DNA from: Trichosphaerium sp. ATCC 40318
Taxonomy: Eukaryota > Protista > Tubulinea
Direction of reading: 5' to 3'
DNA length: 64,000 bases
NCBI GenBank assembly: GCA_038496445.1
Contig: JALMLS010000369.1
Location: forward strand, 62,001-126,000
Shown here: one piece after another, positions 28,098 to 39,531 of the stretch
Layout: every line of letters begins with the position of its first letter
How positions within the stretch are numbered: the stretch's first letter is position 1
The notes under the pieces: model-generated
Told to the model about the DNA's origin: nothing
Databases searched by the model: none
What the model saw: the letters and a program-made list of their open reading frames with translations, nothing else
Made by a program: the position numbers and the translations under genes

Positions 28098-29054
28098 TCA
28101 GAAGTATATATGTTGTGCATTACCCAATGACTTAATACCACTGGCTGTTATGGCCTCACAATACCACAGGTGAATTGTGTGCACACCAGCCAATGCCTTC
28201 AAACCGTCATCTGACACATTTGTACTTGATAAATCAATCTCATGAACACCAGCCAAAGCTTTAATACCCTCATCTGTTATTTGCTCACAACCCATCAAGC
28301 CTATTTTGTATACACCAGCTAACACCTTGATACCTTCATCTGTTACATTGGGGCAAAACCGCACTTCAATGGTGTGCACACCAGATAACGCCTGTAAACC
28401 TGCATCTGACACAAGTGTACCTGATAAAGTAATCTCGTGCACACCAGCCAATGCCTTTATACCTTCATCAGTAATTAATTCACAATTCTGTATGCTGATA
28501 GCGTGCACACCAGCCAATGCCTTTAAGGCTTCATCTGTAACATCTGTTTCAGATAAGTCAATTTTATGCACTTTACCTAATGACTTGATGCCATTGTCTG
28601 TTACAAACTTACAGCAATTTAAACTGATAGAATGTACTCCTGAAATTGCCTTCAAACCTTTATCTGTCACATTTGTACAAGATAAATCAATCTCATGAAC
28701 ACCAGCCAATGCCTTAATACCCTCGTCAGTTATCAACTTACATTCCCACAAGGAAATAGTATGTACACCTGCAAGTAAGAGCAAGTGACTGTCATTTACC
28801 CAAGATTCAGCTAAAAATATTGCTGTGTTCCACAGCAATGGACTTCCAGAAAGAAGTTCTACTTCTTTTTCGCTTTTGACTCTTATTTCGCCATATCCAA
28901 TATGGGTGTGAATTATATCTCGCAATAAGATGCACGTTTGGGCTGCACGAAGGGTAAACGAGCCTTGTTTGAAAATATGAACTATTAATTCAACTGGGAG
29001 TGAGACCAGGTAGTATGGGCGTCTAGCACAAGTATCTGTGCTTTCTCCTTCCAT
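28098..29054 (-). CDS. Intronless F-box/LRR protein
   Basis: N-terminal LVSLPVELIVHIF F-box-like motif plus about 10 short LRRs of type GVHxIxLxxxxxTDEGIKALA. Confidence 0.85.
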   Translation of the reverse strand: MEGESTDTCARRPYYLVSLPVELIVHIFKQGSFTLRAAQTCILLRDIIHTHIGYGEIRVKSEKEVELLSGSPLLWNTAIFLAESWVNDSHLLLLAGVHTISLWECKLITDEGIKALAGVHEIDLSCTNVTDKGLKAISGVHSISLNCCKFVTDNGIKSLGKVHKIDLSETDVTDEALKALAGVHAISIQNCELITDEGIKALAGVHEITLSGTLVSDAGLQALSGVHTIEVRFCPNVTDEGIKVLAGVYKIGLMGCEQITDEGIKALAGVHEIDLSSTNVSDDGLKALAGVHTIHLWYCEAITASGIKSLGNAQHIYF

Positions 29055-29372
29055 TTCCTTACTAACAGCTCTAATGGCTACTCCGTTAGGCTTTGGTGCA
29101 GCAAGATATGCGTCAAGCCAGAAAAAAGACTAAACTATTATCACAAGTCAAATATTGTATTCTCAACAAACGTGATTCAACAGTCACTAAAAATAAACGC
29201 TCAAAGTCTAATAAATATGAAAACGATGCTGCCCATTCCAACGTTACAGCACGTACTGAGTCGAACAAGACATCACGACAATAAAAGTGTTCACATAACG
29301 GTTTTATCGTCCTCTTTCAAAGTGAACTTTTTTTTTTAAGTGGAGTCTTTTATTACAACACGTGAAGTTTAA

Positions 29373-31193
29373 ATGGCATCCAAATCACCTGGTAGCATTC
29401 TTCTTGATTTGCCATTAGACCTACTTGCACTAGTATGCTCTCATTTAACGTGGAAGCAAGTTTGTGTTTTGTCATCGTACGGGTTCAATTATCCTTTATA
29501 TTGCGTGTACATTAACGCTGTTGAAGCGTTTGTAGGGAATTAGTAACAATTTCAAAATCAAGCGGTTTCGTTCGCCCACAAATCCACGAGTGCATTGATT
29601 GCGCGTATGAGAACAAAGGGAGCGAAGTATTACAACTGCAGTTTGGGTTGTGGGGTACTTGGCGTTCACAGTGTATAAAAGAGCTTATTGTAGTTTAGGT
29701 AACGCTGTTGGCAAGTCTTTTTGGGATTGTCTAACTGCAGAACACTCAATAACGCCGGATGGCAGATTTAACAGCTTCTCAAAGCCGCTAATGGACAATA
29801 TCAATATTTACTACAACGAACAGCATCGTACGTTGCATCCGAGCACTAAAAACAACTTTTTTTACAAATGGCACGTGTGTACTCAACCACGCTTACTGAC
29901 AGGTACCTTTCTACCACGATGCGTGGCTGTACCCTCTGATGTAGTCATTGGCGAATCCCAACAATTGAACTGTGGAGATAGGTCCGTTTGACAAATAATG
30001 TCATCATAAGCACTTAAAGACAACGAAAAGGTATATGATGAACATGCCAAAACAAGAGTTTGATATTGAAGCAACAATGGATCTTTTGAGAAAACAATCC
30101 GAAGCATGCAATGCGCCAACTGCTATACAAATACTGTCTCACCTAGCAGAATCGATAGATTTAACAAGACTATGTGAAAGAGTATACGACACCTTTTGTC
30201 AGCTAGAAAAATTGTACATTACCTCAACACCAAAGTCATACAATGACTGGAACACAGGTATCCATACAAATGCTCACTATTTTTCTGTGCTAATTCGGAG
30301 TGCTAGGAAATACAATACAGAATGCTCATGTCATTTATGAGCTCAGTGATGCTGTACTACTTACGTCTCAACGCAAACTTTTTGAAATATGTGAGGATAC
30401 CCCGAATGGAATCAGAAATGATTGTCAACTTGTTGGTGCTTGCATGGCCGATTTGACTTCAATGTTTAGGTGGGCTGCAACTGGTGTTATTTCACTTTAC
30501 CTAACCAATACTTGACAGGTTTCCTAACCCAAAAGGAATGCGACAAAACTGGAGAAAAGTTCTCATGTCTTTGATGCCTTTCCCTAGACTCAAGTTTCTT
30601 GGTATCGGTAGTACATTAGCGTCAAGCGAAATACAATCACGTACGTATAATGTACCAGAATATAGATTAACGCAATTAATTAAGCGTTGTCTGTTGAAGA
30701 GTGCACTTCGTGTATTATGCGGAATGAAACTACTTTTTCTGATGCCACTGCTAAGATCCAACTTGCTAATAAGCTCAATGCATCTGCTGGATTGGCGCTT
30801 GTAAATTACCGTGGTAGCTTTAAAGATATTGAAAAAATACCAGATGCTATCAAAGCCCTCCAACAAACACTAGCGCCACCAGAAGATGCTTTCTCTGATA
30901 GTAATATTATACCTAACACTTGTCACGTGCCAAATATTTATACACGTGGTTCAGTATCATATATATTTAATTCTCAAGAGAGTGTATCTCCTATTACAAT
31001 GCTTAGAGATGCATACGAAGGGTACTCAGATAGACGAGAATCAGAAGTCACACAACAAATGAAAGGTAAAAAAAAGGTTTGCAATATGATTGTTGAACTG
31101 AACGTTATTTTTTTAGACGCAAGGTATGTACTTCAAGACTTTCCTGGTATGTACTATGGGTTTCAGCGAAACATGGACAATGGAAACGAATAA
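29373..31193 (+). CDS. F-box protein fused to a degenerate tubulin-like domain
   Basis: F-box: LLDLPLDLLALVCSHLTWKQVCVLSS|VCREL. Tubulin-like: [96 protein letters not shown]. Confidence 0.8.
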
Positions 31194-31446
31194 ATAGAAT
31201 TCCTTTTAGACCACGTTGGCCTTTGTTCTTGCAAAATACATCTCAATAAAAGAGGTAACCACCGCAAGAGGCAACAGTCTTACACATACCGTATTGAATA
31301 GCAATGAAGGGATGTACATTTTGTTTGCTGTTCTACAAGTGAGGCAAGAGAGCTAGTCTAAAAAAAGAAATTGTACAAGTTAGATTTCTTCACAAGTGTC
31401 AGTACAAGTCAAAATATTAATTACCAACTGTAAACTGCGTACGCCT

Positions 31447-33476
31447 ATGTCACAAGAGGTTGAGCTTGAGCGTTCCGATCTGGATGGCCAACTGGCTTCA
31501 AGTCTGAACGAACCACTTGTCGGCGCACCTCTAACAAATAAAGGCTGGTTTCATCCAGATGGCATCGTTTTTCGGTACTGAACGGCTTTTTACCCTGAAA
31601 TGTCAAATTGCTTTTACCATGTGCCACAAAACGCTCTTTTCATTCGTTTTATGCGCTTACATAAACATTGAGGGTAACCATACTGCTTATTATTTCATCT
31701 GTCGCTTATGGCATTTACTTTCCGTATGATGAGCTCCAAACACTCTCCAAGGACCTCTGCGAGGTACTAGAAGCCCACAATACGTCCAATTTAAGTAACC
31801 AGTAACCTAGGATCTAAATATTGATAAAACACGTTTTGGCACTCTGTACTCAGTATGCAAGCCTTATCTTTTATCTGGTTAACGTAACAACAAGGTGTTC
31901 TCACTGCCGAACATAGTTCTCGTATTTTTCGGCGGGTGGCTTGCTGATAAGTTTGGTGAGAAGATCCTTTTTTTTTCTTTCAATTTTCCAGGGTAGCGTG
32001 AGAAAATTTCGCTGATTTTTACCAGGGCTAAACTGGTATGGTCTGTGCCTCTACTTGCTTACAATTATTGGGAATTTGATTGTTGCTATTGCTTCATATG
32101 TCCCTGTGGACTTTGCATTCTATGTGATGTGTGTTGGACGATTTATCTTCGGGTTTGTAACACGCCTTTTGTAGACTCTACAACTCTTTTTAAAACTGTG
32201 TAGAATAGGCGCAGAGTCGTTTAATGTAGTTAATACCGCAATGGTAGTCCGTTATTTTAACAAAACACCGTGGCTTGCAGCTGCATTTGGATTGAATTTG
32301 TCGCTATCTAGACTCGGTAGTTTTACTGCAATATCAACTGGTAGTATAATTGCAACGAATCTTGGATCATACAAATGGACACTGTGGACAGGTAGGAAGC
32401 AAAAGGCCCTGTGAACCTTCCTTATATATGCTAGGTGTTTTTTTGGGTTGTGCTTGCCTTGTGATCCAGTGCGCCTATATAGCTATGGACAACTACGCTA
32501 GTAAAATAGTTGTAAGGGAAGAGCCTAAAAGAGAAAAAATATCGTTCAGAGAAATCTTCTCTTTTGACATTAGGTTTGGATTTATAAGCCTTATAACTAT
32601 GCTATACTATTCTGGTGTACTACCTCTTGTATCTACAGCAAGGTAAACTCAAAGTGAAAAACTTATATAGTTTCTGAACATAATCTTTTTTTTTTTTAGT
32701 GACTTTCTTCAAGACGAGTTTGAGTTTTCTCCTGAGACTGCTGGTTTTTACTCAAGCTCTATCATACTATGTACTATAATATTATCACCATTTATGGGAA
32801 AGTTCACAGATTGGTTTGGACGTCGTCCATTTATACGTAAGTCACGTGGTCTAACACAAACTTAAAAGTTAAACACCTTCAGTAATTGCTGGTACAATTC
32901 TTGTAATGGCATCACATTTTGCTCTGGGATACTTACATACAATACATCCTGTTGTAAGCTTTATTGGTGTCGGGTAAGATCACGTGATTTTTATTATTAA
33001 TTAAAAGTTGTCAAATAGAGTGAGCTTCTCTTTGGTTCCAGCTTGTTTGTGGCCAATGGTACCACTTGTAATTGATGAGGAGAATATAGGAACAGCTTAT
33101 GGTTTGATGGTACATTGCAACTTTTTGTATTCTTTTCTGTGTTCTTTGTGTTTATGTTGAAATAGATAGCAATACAGAGTCTCGGATTGACGCTTAATAA
33201 TATCATCGTGACTGCTATTGCTCAAGGTATGTCATGTTGTCAGTAAGTTGTGTTTAAAAAATGATAGGAGACTCAAAAGCATCTGATGATCCTTGTACTG
33301 GTCCAGAGGATGAGTATCAGTGGCCAAGAGCTTTCTTGTATTTCGTAGCTCTTGATGCATTAACATTCATGGCTTGCATTTTGCTCGCTTTGATAGATTA
33401 CAGAAGAGGTAGCACATTGGCTAAAACAGCCAAAGAAACTGAAGATGATAATGACTTTGTAACACAAACAGATTAA
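31447..33476 (+). CDS. MFS transporter, MFSD1-like
   Basis: YGIYFPYD, FGTLYS|VFSLPNIVLVFFGGWLADKFG, VGRFIFG|IGAES, ILSPFMGKFTDWFGRR, LWPMV..IGTAYG. Confidence 0.85.
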
Positions 33477-34158
33477 AAACCTTGTTAATAACCAATCATC
33501 CATTAATTCGTCATTCATAAGATGGTTCGTAAAATCTATATGGGCAGTACTCCCGCACCTTTAGATGTAGTTTAAAAACAGAAACCTTGAATATTTACAT
33601 AAACTACAGAGATTGATTTCGTTGAGTTTTGACACGTGACTTTACTAAAAACAAAATAGAATCCATGTTTTGCGATTTCATTAGCAGCGAACAGTTTTGT
33701 TAGCTCACGTCAAACTCACCGAAAGCCAAAATATGTCGTAGAATTGTCTCTTTAGTATTAAACCTAACCAGTGTTGTTGTAAGTGGTTAAACTATCTTTT
33801 TTTTTAATTGTCACCCATCCTTCTCGTAACGGGAACAGAATTTTGGTAGTAAAGCGACAGATAATATTTGGCGAAAATAAAAGTAGCCATGGATGTAAGA
33901 TACTACAGTAATTTTTCTCCACTGTAGTTTAGTGACCCTTTTTTGAAACGTTTAGTGCACTTGTCAAAACTCATTGAAAGCCAACAATAAAAACTGGTAT
34001 CACTAAAACGTAAACTAGCAAGCTTTTATTTAGTAGAGATCGTTTCCATGTATTACTACACCTTTTTTCTACATGATATCACCTAGCGCGAACAATAAAA
34101 CACAACAGTTCGCTTAAGTCAGTAGTCACAAAAACAACAAACACTCAAATAGTAAGCA

Positions 34159-34688
34159 ATGTCTGGTAACAAAAACAAATGGAAGCTTTTATGTTCTGCT
34201 CAAGGATTGGGCGCTGTAGTTACAGCATCTTCAAGTTTCGATACCAATCACATGCCAACCAACTCGGCTATTGACAGGGTTCCACCTCAAGTCTTCGCTC
34301 ATGGTTGGGTTGCCGGTCGTAGTGACTCTTCCCAATGGCTACAATTTTCCTTTGGCTTCAAGCCAGTCAAAGCAGTGTCAATCAGAACACAAGGTTCGTA
34401 GGGCACTACCTCAGCCAAAACAGGGTGAATAGGCAGACTGTTTTCTAATTTTGGCTAGGAAGAGGTGAAGCAGCTATGTGGGTGAAGGAATACACCGTAA
34501 GCACAAGCATGGATGGCCTTACTTGGACACCAGTCGAAAATAATCGTACTTTCGGTGGGAACAGCGACATGAAAGGACAAGTTGAAAACACTTTTGCTAA
34601 GCCTGTACTCTGCAGAGCCTTGCGTATTAAACCAACCTCTTGGCAAGTTCTCATTGCCATGAGGGCTGATGTAATGGTTAAAATTTAA
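34159..34688 (+). CDS. Discoidin (F5/8 type C) domain protein, one intron
   Basis: TASSS, GWVAGRSDSSQWLQFSFG, IRTQG|RGEAAMWVKEYTVSTSMDGLTW, FGGNSD, RALRIKPTSW..IAMRADV. Confidence 0.9.
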
Positions 34689-34938
34689 ACAATTGTAACT
34701 GCTGATATCATGCCAAAACTAATTCTAAAATAAAAAGTGATCACTTACATTTCTGTTTCAAATCCTACTTTTTCCCCCTTGAGAAATAAAGAGCAATTCA
34801 TTTCTGGGCGGTATTGCACGTCTTTTTTTGAACGAATTGACTTAAAACGGATTTTCTCTTATCGACTCGTGAAAACCAGCTGGCATACACTACACTACCT
34901 CGCCAGTTTTTCAACAGACCTCGGGTTTCCTATCAACA

Positions 34939-37900
34939 ATGGATGTTAACGACGAAAGGGTTTGTTTGAAAACTTTTAATATTGCGTCTGTTGAGCATTG
35001 GATACGCAAACGTGAGTCGTTACTTGATTTAGGCGCGTTAACTCTGTTATAGACGGAATCAACACATGCGTCACACAAACACACCTACAAACATACACAT
35101 GCTTGTACAGTGCGTACCACAAGCTATTCGAGCTATTTGACGACACAGACATTCCTTTTGCCAAAAAAATCCCAACAATACTCTATCTGGCATGCGTGGA
35201 GGTACCTAAGTGGCTATTTATTACGCACATAGTTTAACTGAAGGTTTCTCCAAAAAAAACGTTTAGAGCGCCTGTTGTAGTTGTCTAAACCGCTAATCAG
35301 GGAAATATTGAAGTAGTAGATTATCTTATTGGATGTGGCGCTGATATCAATTGGAATGGAATCCAGCACCCCAGACAAAGATCTAAAGTTGTTTTTCCTT
35401 TTGAAGGTGCTCACATGGCCAACATACATTTGACACCTTTCTGGCATTTCATCATCTTTTTTTGTGATGTTACAAAGAAACTTGTGCAGCTGTTCTTGGC
35501 TTCACTACGTCTTACTTTTGACATTTTTGACATGCAAAGGAATGGCCACATCTAAAACTTACTCTATTCCAAGGGTCACAGGCGTCTGTAGACATACCCT
35601 TTTGTTTTTCAATACTAATTTTGTTTTGAATAGTTGCTACAGCAGCACAGAATTGGGATATTGTCAAACTATTACGACAAGCAGGTATTTAATTAAGAAT
35701 AAATACAGCGCATTAAAACATGCTTACGGTATTCAAAGGGGCAACAACTGAAACGAGGGACTTAGGATTCAGTCCTCCTCCACTTGGAAAGCAAGTCAAC
35801 TTTTTTTTCAACAAAACAACATTGTTTACAACACTTTAGGTCGATTTTTGCCCCTTTAATAGAAGATGCCGCCAACATTCTTTTAGAACCAGCTCTACTA
35901 GATCATGTATAATGATTTTTAAGCCACCAATTTGATTTACTAATCCAATGCCTGTAGGATTTAGTAGTTGAAGATATGATTGTTACTTCAGGGAATAAAT
36001 ATAATAAAATACAGACTCCAAAGTCAATCTGTGAACCATCAGCAACCCCGAAAATGAGTCGAACAAATATTGATGTTCCTGGCGCAAAATGTTTCTCTAT
36101 TGATGGATTAATGTCATCTAAAGAGTGTGATTATTATTTAAGCGAATGCGAGAAGATTGGATGGAAGTCTCTGAAAAATCAATTTCCTAAGGAATACAGA
36201 TCAAATGACCAAATTATTCTTTTATCCGAAACCTTAGCTGATGGACTTTGGAATCGTTTGTCGGTACGATTCTATTCTTGATGCGGCCCTAATTAACGCC
36301 ACAGACGCACCTAGAGCGTTCTGATGTTCAAATAAGGCCTATGGGCTTTGGAAATGGCGGATTGTGGCGTCCTATAAGACTAAATGAATGCTTTAAGGTA
36401 CATTACTCATCTTAATAACTGTTTCGTAACACGTGATTAGTTCGGAAAGTATAATGAAGGAGGATCGTTTAATAAACATATTGACGGACCTTGGGTGCCA
36501 AGACATGATGAATGCTCTGTGTTCACTGTTGTCGTTTACTTAAACGATGATTTTAAAGGCATCAACAAAAAATACAAAGAACTTGACTTTCTAAATACAA
36601 TGTAGGTGGTGAAACAGTATTCTTCAATGATGATAAGGAAGTCGCTGTAGTAAATCCAAAGATTGGGTCTGCTTTGTTATTTAATCACGATGTCCTACAT
36701 CAAGGAAACCCTGTTTTAGAGGTGCCAACTTTTATGGTTTTTTTCGGAATTCTCTGACGGTTTGTAGGGAGTCAAGTACATCTTCCGAACAGAAATAATG
36801 TTCATGCGTGTAGATGAGGGTCTTAACCCTCACGAGAAGACTTTCAATTCTAATTCTGACTATCTCAAAACTGTGTTTTATTACAACAAAGTACGACACA
36901 AGAGCAAAAAAAACCTTCATATTCATACTCAACAATAGGCTTATGATCAAGAAGCTGAAGGAAACACAAAAGGCTTCATTGACACATACAGAAAGGCGAT
37001 TAAACTTCAAAGCAGTGCAATTGATACTACAGGTACCTTCCACAGTCAACTGAATATTCTCATATTGCGTTTAGACTTTGATGACTTAGAAGCTGCCTAT
37101 TGAACTGTATTGCATGATTTTTTCTTATCTTCATCCGAAAGATATCACAAATCTCTTTGCAGTGTCAAGGGTATCCACTAATTATTAACCACTGCAATTG
37201 AGAACACATATTGATACAATGATAGGTGTACTATATCTTAGCAAGAGATGGAGCTATTTGGTGTGATAAGTTCAAAGAAAAGTGGAACGAAACAATCAAA
37301 GCATCAAATACAGTAAATCAACAGGGTAACTTAACAGTACGTACTTGTCCTTGTTTTCCCTATCAGTAGATATTTATTTAATATTATACAGATAAAACCT
37401 GCAGTGAAGGATTGGTACACTGTTTACAAACAAAGTGTCATCATTCAACGTCTTGAAGAAAAGAGAAAACTTCAATATGGTAATTAAAGAAACAAACAAG
37501 TATCCTCCTTTCTAACAAATCTATGCTTAAGCCGTGTTTGATTTCGGAAGCTATAGCGTGAAATGCGGACTGGATAAAGATTTTCCTGGCATAGATAAAT
37601 ACCAAGAGACAAAATCAGTGATTGCTAAAGTGCCAAGGTACTATAAATGCTGTCTGAACAGAAACCATAAGAAACTTAAGTTGCTTGCTTCGTTCTAATC
37701 TTCTGGGATTTTTTATAGAATTTATGACCTTCATTCGCGAAGAATGAAGTGGAAAAGGTACTTTATTGGCGAGGAGGCAGAGTTGCAATATCGTAAAGAT
37801 GAAATACACAGGTAAAAAATATATTTTCATATTTTTCTGAAATTCAAAAAAAAACAATACTGCACCTGCGCGACAATTCACATCACTTCAAAGTTTTTAT

Positions 37901-39260
37901 ATTAAACAGATATTGTAGGATAACTAGAGGAGGAAACATAATTGATGGGTACGTATAAATACCGATGCAGAAGGATATGAAGATGAAGAAGAAAATAATA
38001 GTTTTTACATTTTTTTTATTCAGCTGTTAACTGTACTTCTAGTTGTGCTCTTCCTGAATTTATTTGTGGTGCTTTTGTCAAATGGGAACAAAATGGTAAT
38101 TATCACCCAGTCGTAATTGCAGAGCCTCCAACAGGTACTAACATTAAGACAAAAAAAACTTTAGAATGAACATCATTACTAATCATTACTTTAGGATGGT
38201 CAAAGCAACATAAAATTGCTATTAGAAACGTAGTTCTTTTAGCGTGTCATTCGCCTAGTATCACAATTGTTAATTCAGCAACACTTATCCTATTAAATTA
38301 TGGCATTACAACAGGTACAAAAAAACTTCTTTTTTTTTCTTTGACTTCAACTTCAACAGCTCTTTAGGTGTTGTTATTTCGAGTGGTCATGAAGTTTCTT
38401 GTATTGCGCCAGGTAATGCTCTCTTGCTTATTTTATGAACTAACGTTTATTTTAGTGCACGAAGGTGTAGTGATATCTGAGGCAGTGATCGAAATTACCA
38501 ACAAGGATAATATTTCAAAAGACTTGATTTATTCTGTCAAACAATGTCCTCATGCGATACAACAAGAGTTATGGAATAATATTGTATTTTCTGGTATTAG
38601 AAATAGAGCTTATGTTGATTTCTATGCTTCTTAATATCTCTTTTAGGTCATGGAACTACTGAAATTCTTTCTGATGCTCCTGGAAAGGAAGTATTGGAAG
38701 CTGAACTTGCTAGAGTACAATCCTTTTTTCTTAGTTTTTACCCACTCTTAATTCTCACTTATTTCCTAAGGCTGGAATTAACTGCAAGCTTAAAGAACGT
38801 TGCAAAAATCACAGGTTTGATGTTGTAGCGTACGTTTCATAGATAACTTTTTTCATCTACAAGACAGTCGCACAAATATTGGTTTTTTCTAAATACCAAG
38901 AAATACCAACTAACAAAAAAAAATTAGAGGTGGATTAATCTTATCTAAAATGCCTGGTTTTCATGAATTCAGCATTGCCGAAGCTGGCATGCCTTTACTC
39001 TGTACGTATTTTTACAAATAATTCGCTTATTGTTTTATGTTTGCTCTTCCAGTTATAGAAGAGCAATGCCTGTTTGACTTAAGACTATTCACCTCAATTG
39101 ATTTTTTTGTCTTTTTTTAGCATCTACTATTCAAGAAATTAGAATTCGCCATAGAGCCATATTATTTTATTACCATTGCGCATCAGCAACATATTGGTAC
39201 AATAAGCTTGCACGTGGATCTTTAGAGGGAATATAAATTATGAAAGAGCAAGCAAACTAA
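34939..39260 (+). CDS. Multidomain locus: ankyrin repeats + 2OG-Fe(II) oxygenase + F-box + actin-like domain (1-nt frame break near 37089)
   Basis: Ankyrin: TILYLACVE|GNIEVVDYLIGCGADIN. Oxygenase: RLNECFK|FGKY..HIDG..TVVVYLNDDFK|GGETVF..LLFNHDVLHQG..KYIFRTEIMF. F-box: KLPIELYCMIFSYLHPKDITNLFAVS. Actin-like: VFDFGSYSVKCG, YFIGEEA, HPVVIAEPP, YGITT|GVVISSGHEVSCIAP|VHEG, QCPHAIQQELWNNIVFSG. Confidence 0.72.
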
Positions 39261-39486
39261 ACAATAGATACAGTTCGATTGTAGCACCCTTCTTTAATTG
39301 TCCTTAATCGAAGTTTGGTTTGCTTAAGGATGAACCCAATTCATGAGTTTGAAATGATATGGTTGCGCCTTACACGTGATCTAAAACCTCTTGAACTCGG
39401 TCAATAAAAAAAATGATATCTTATCATTTTTGCGCAGAAACGTTTTGACCAATATTTGTTCGCCTCGCCCAAACACTTTTCAACGG

Positions 39487-39502
39487 ATATATATATATAT
39501 AT
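39487..39502. repeat. (AT)n microsatellite just upstream of the next gene
   Basis: Run atatatatatatatat directly visible. Confidence 0.8.
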
Positions 39503-39531
39503 AAGCTCTGGTGCGTACACTATTCGTTGAA

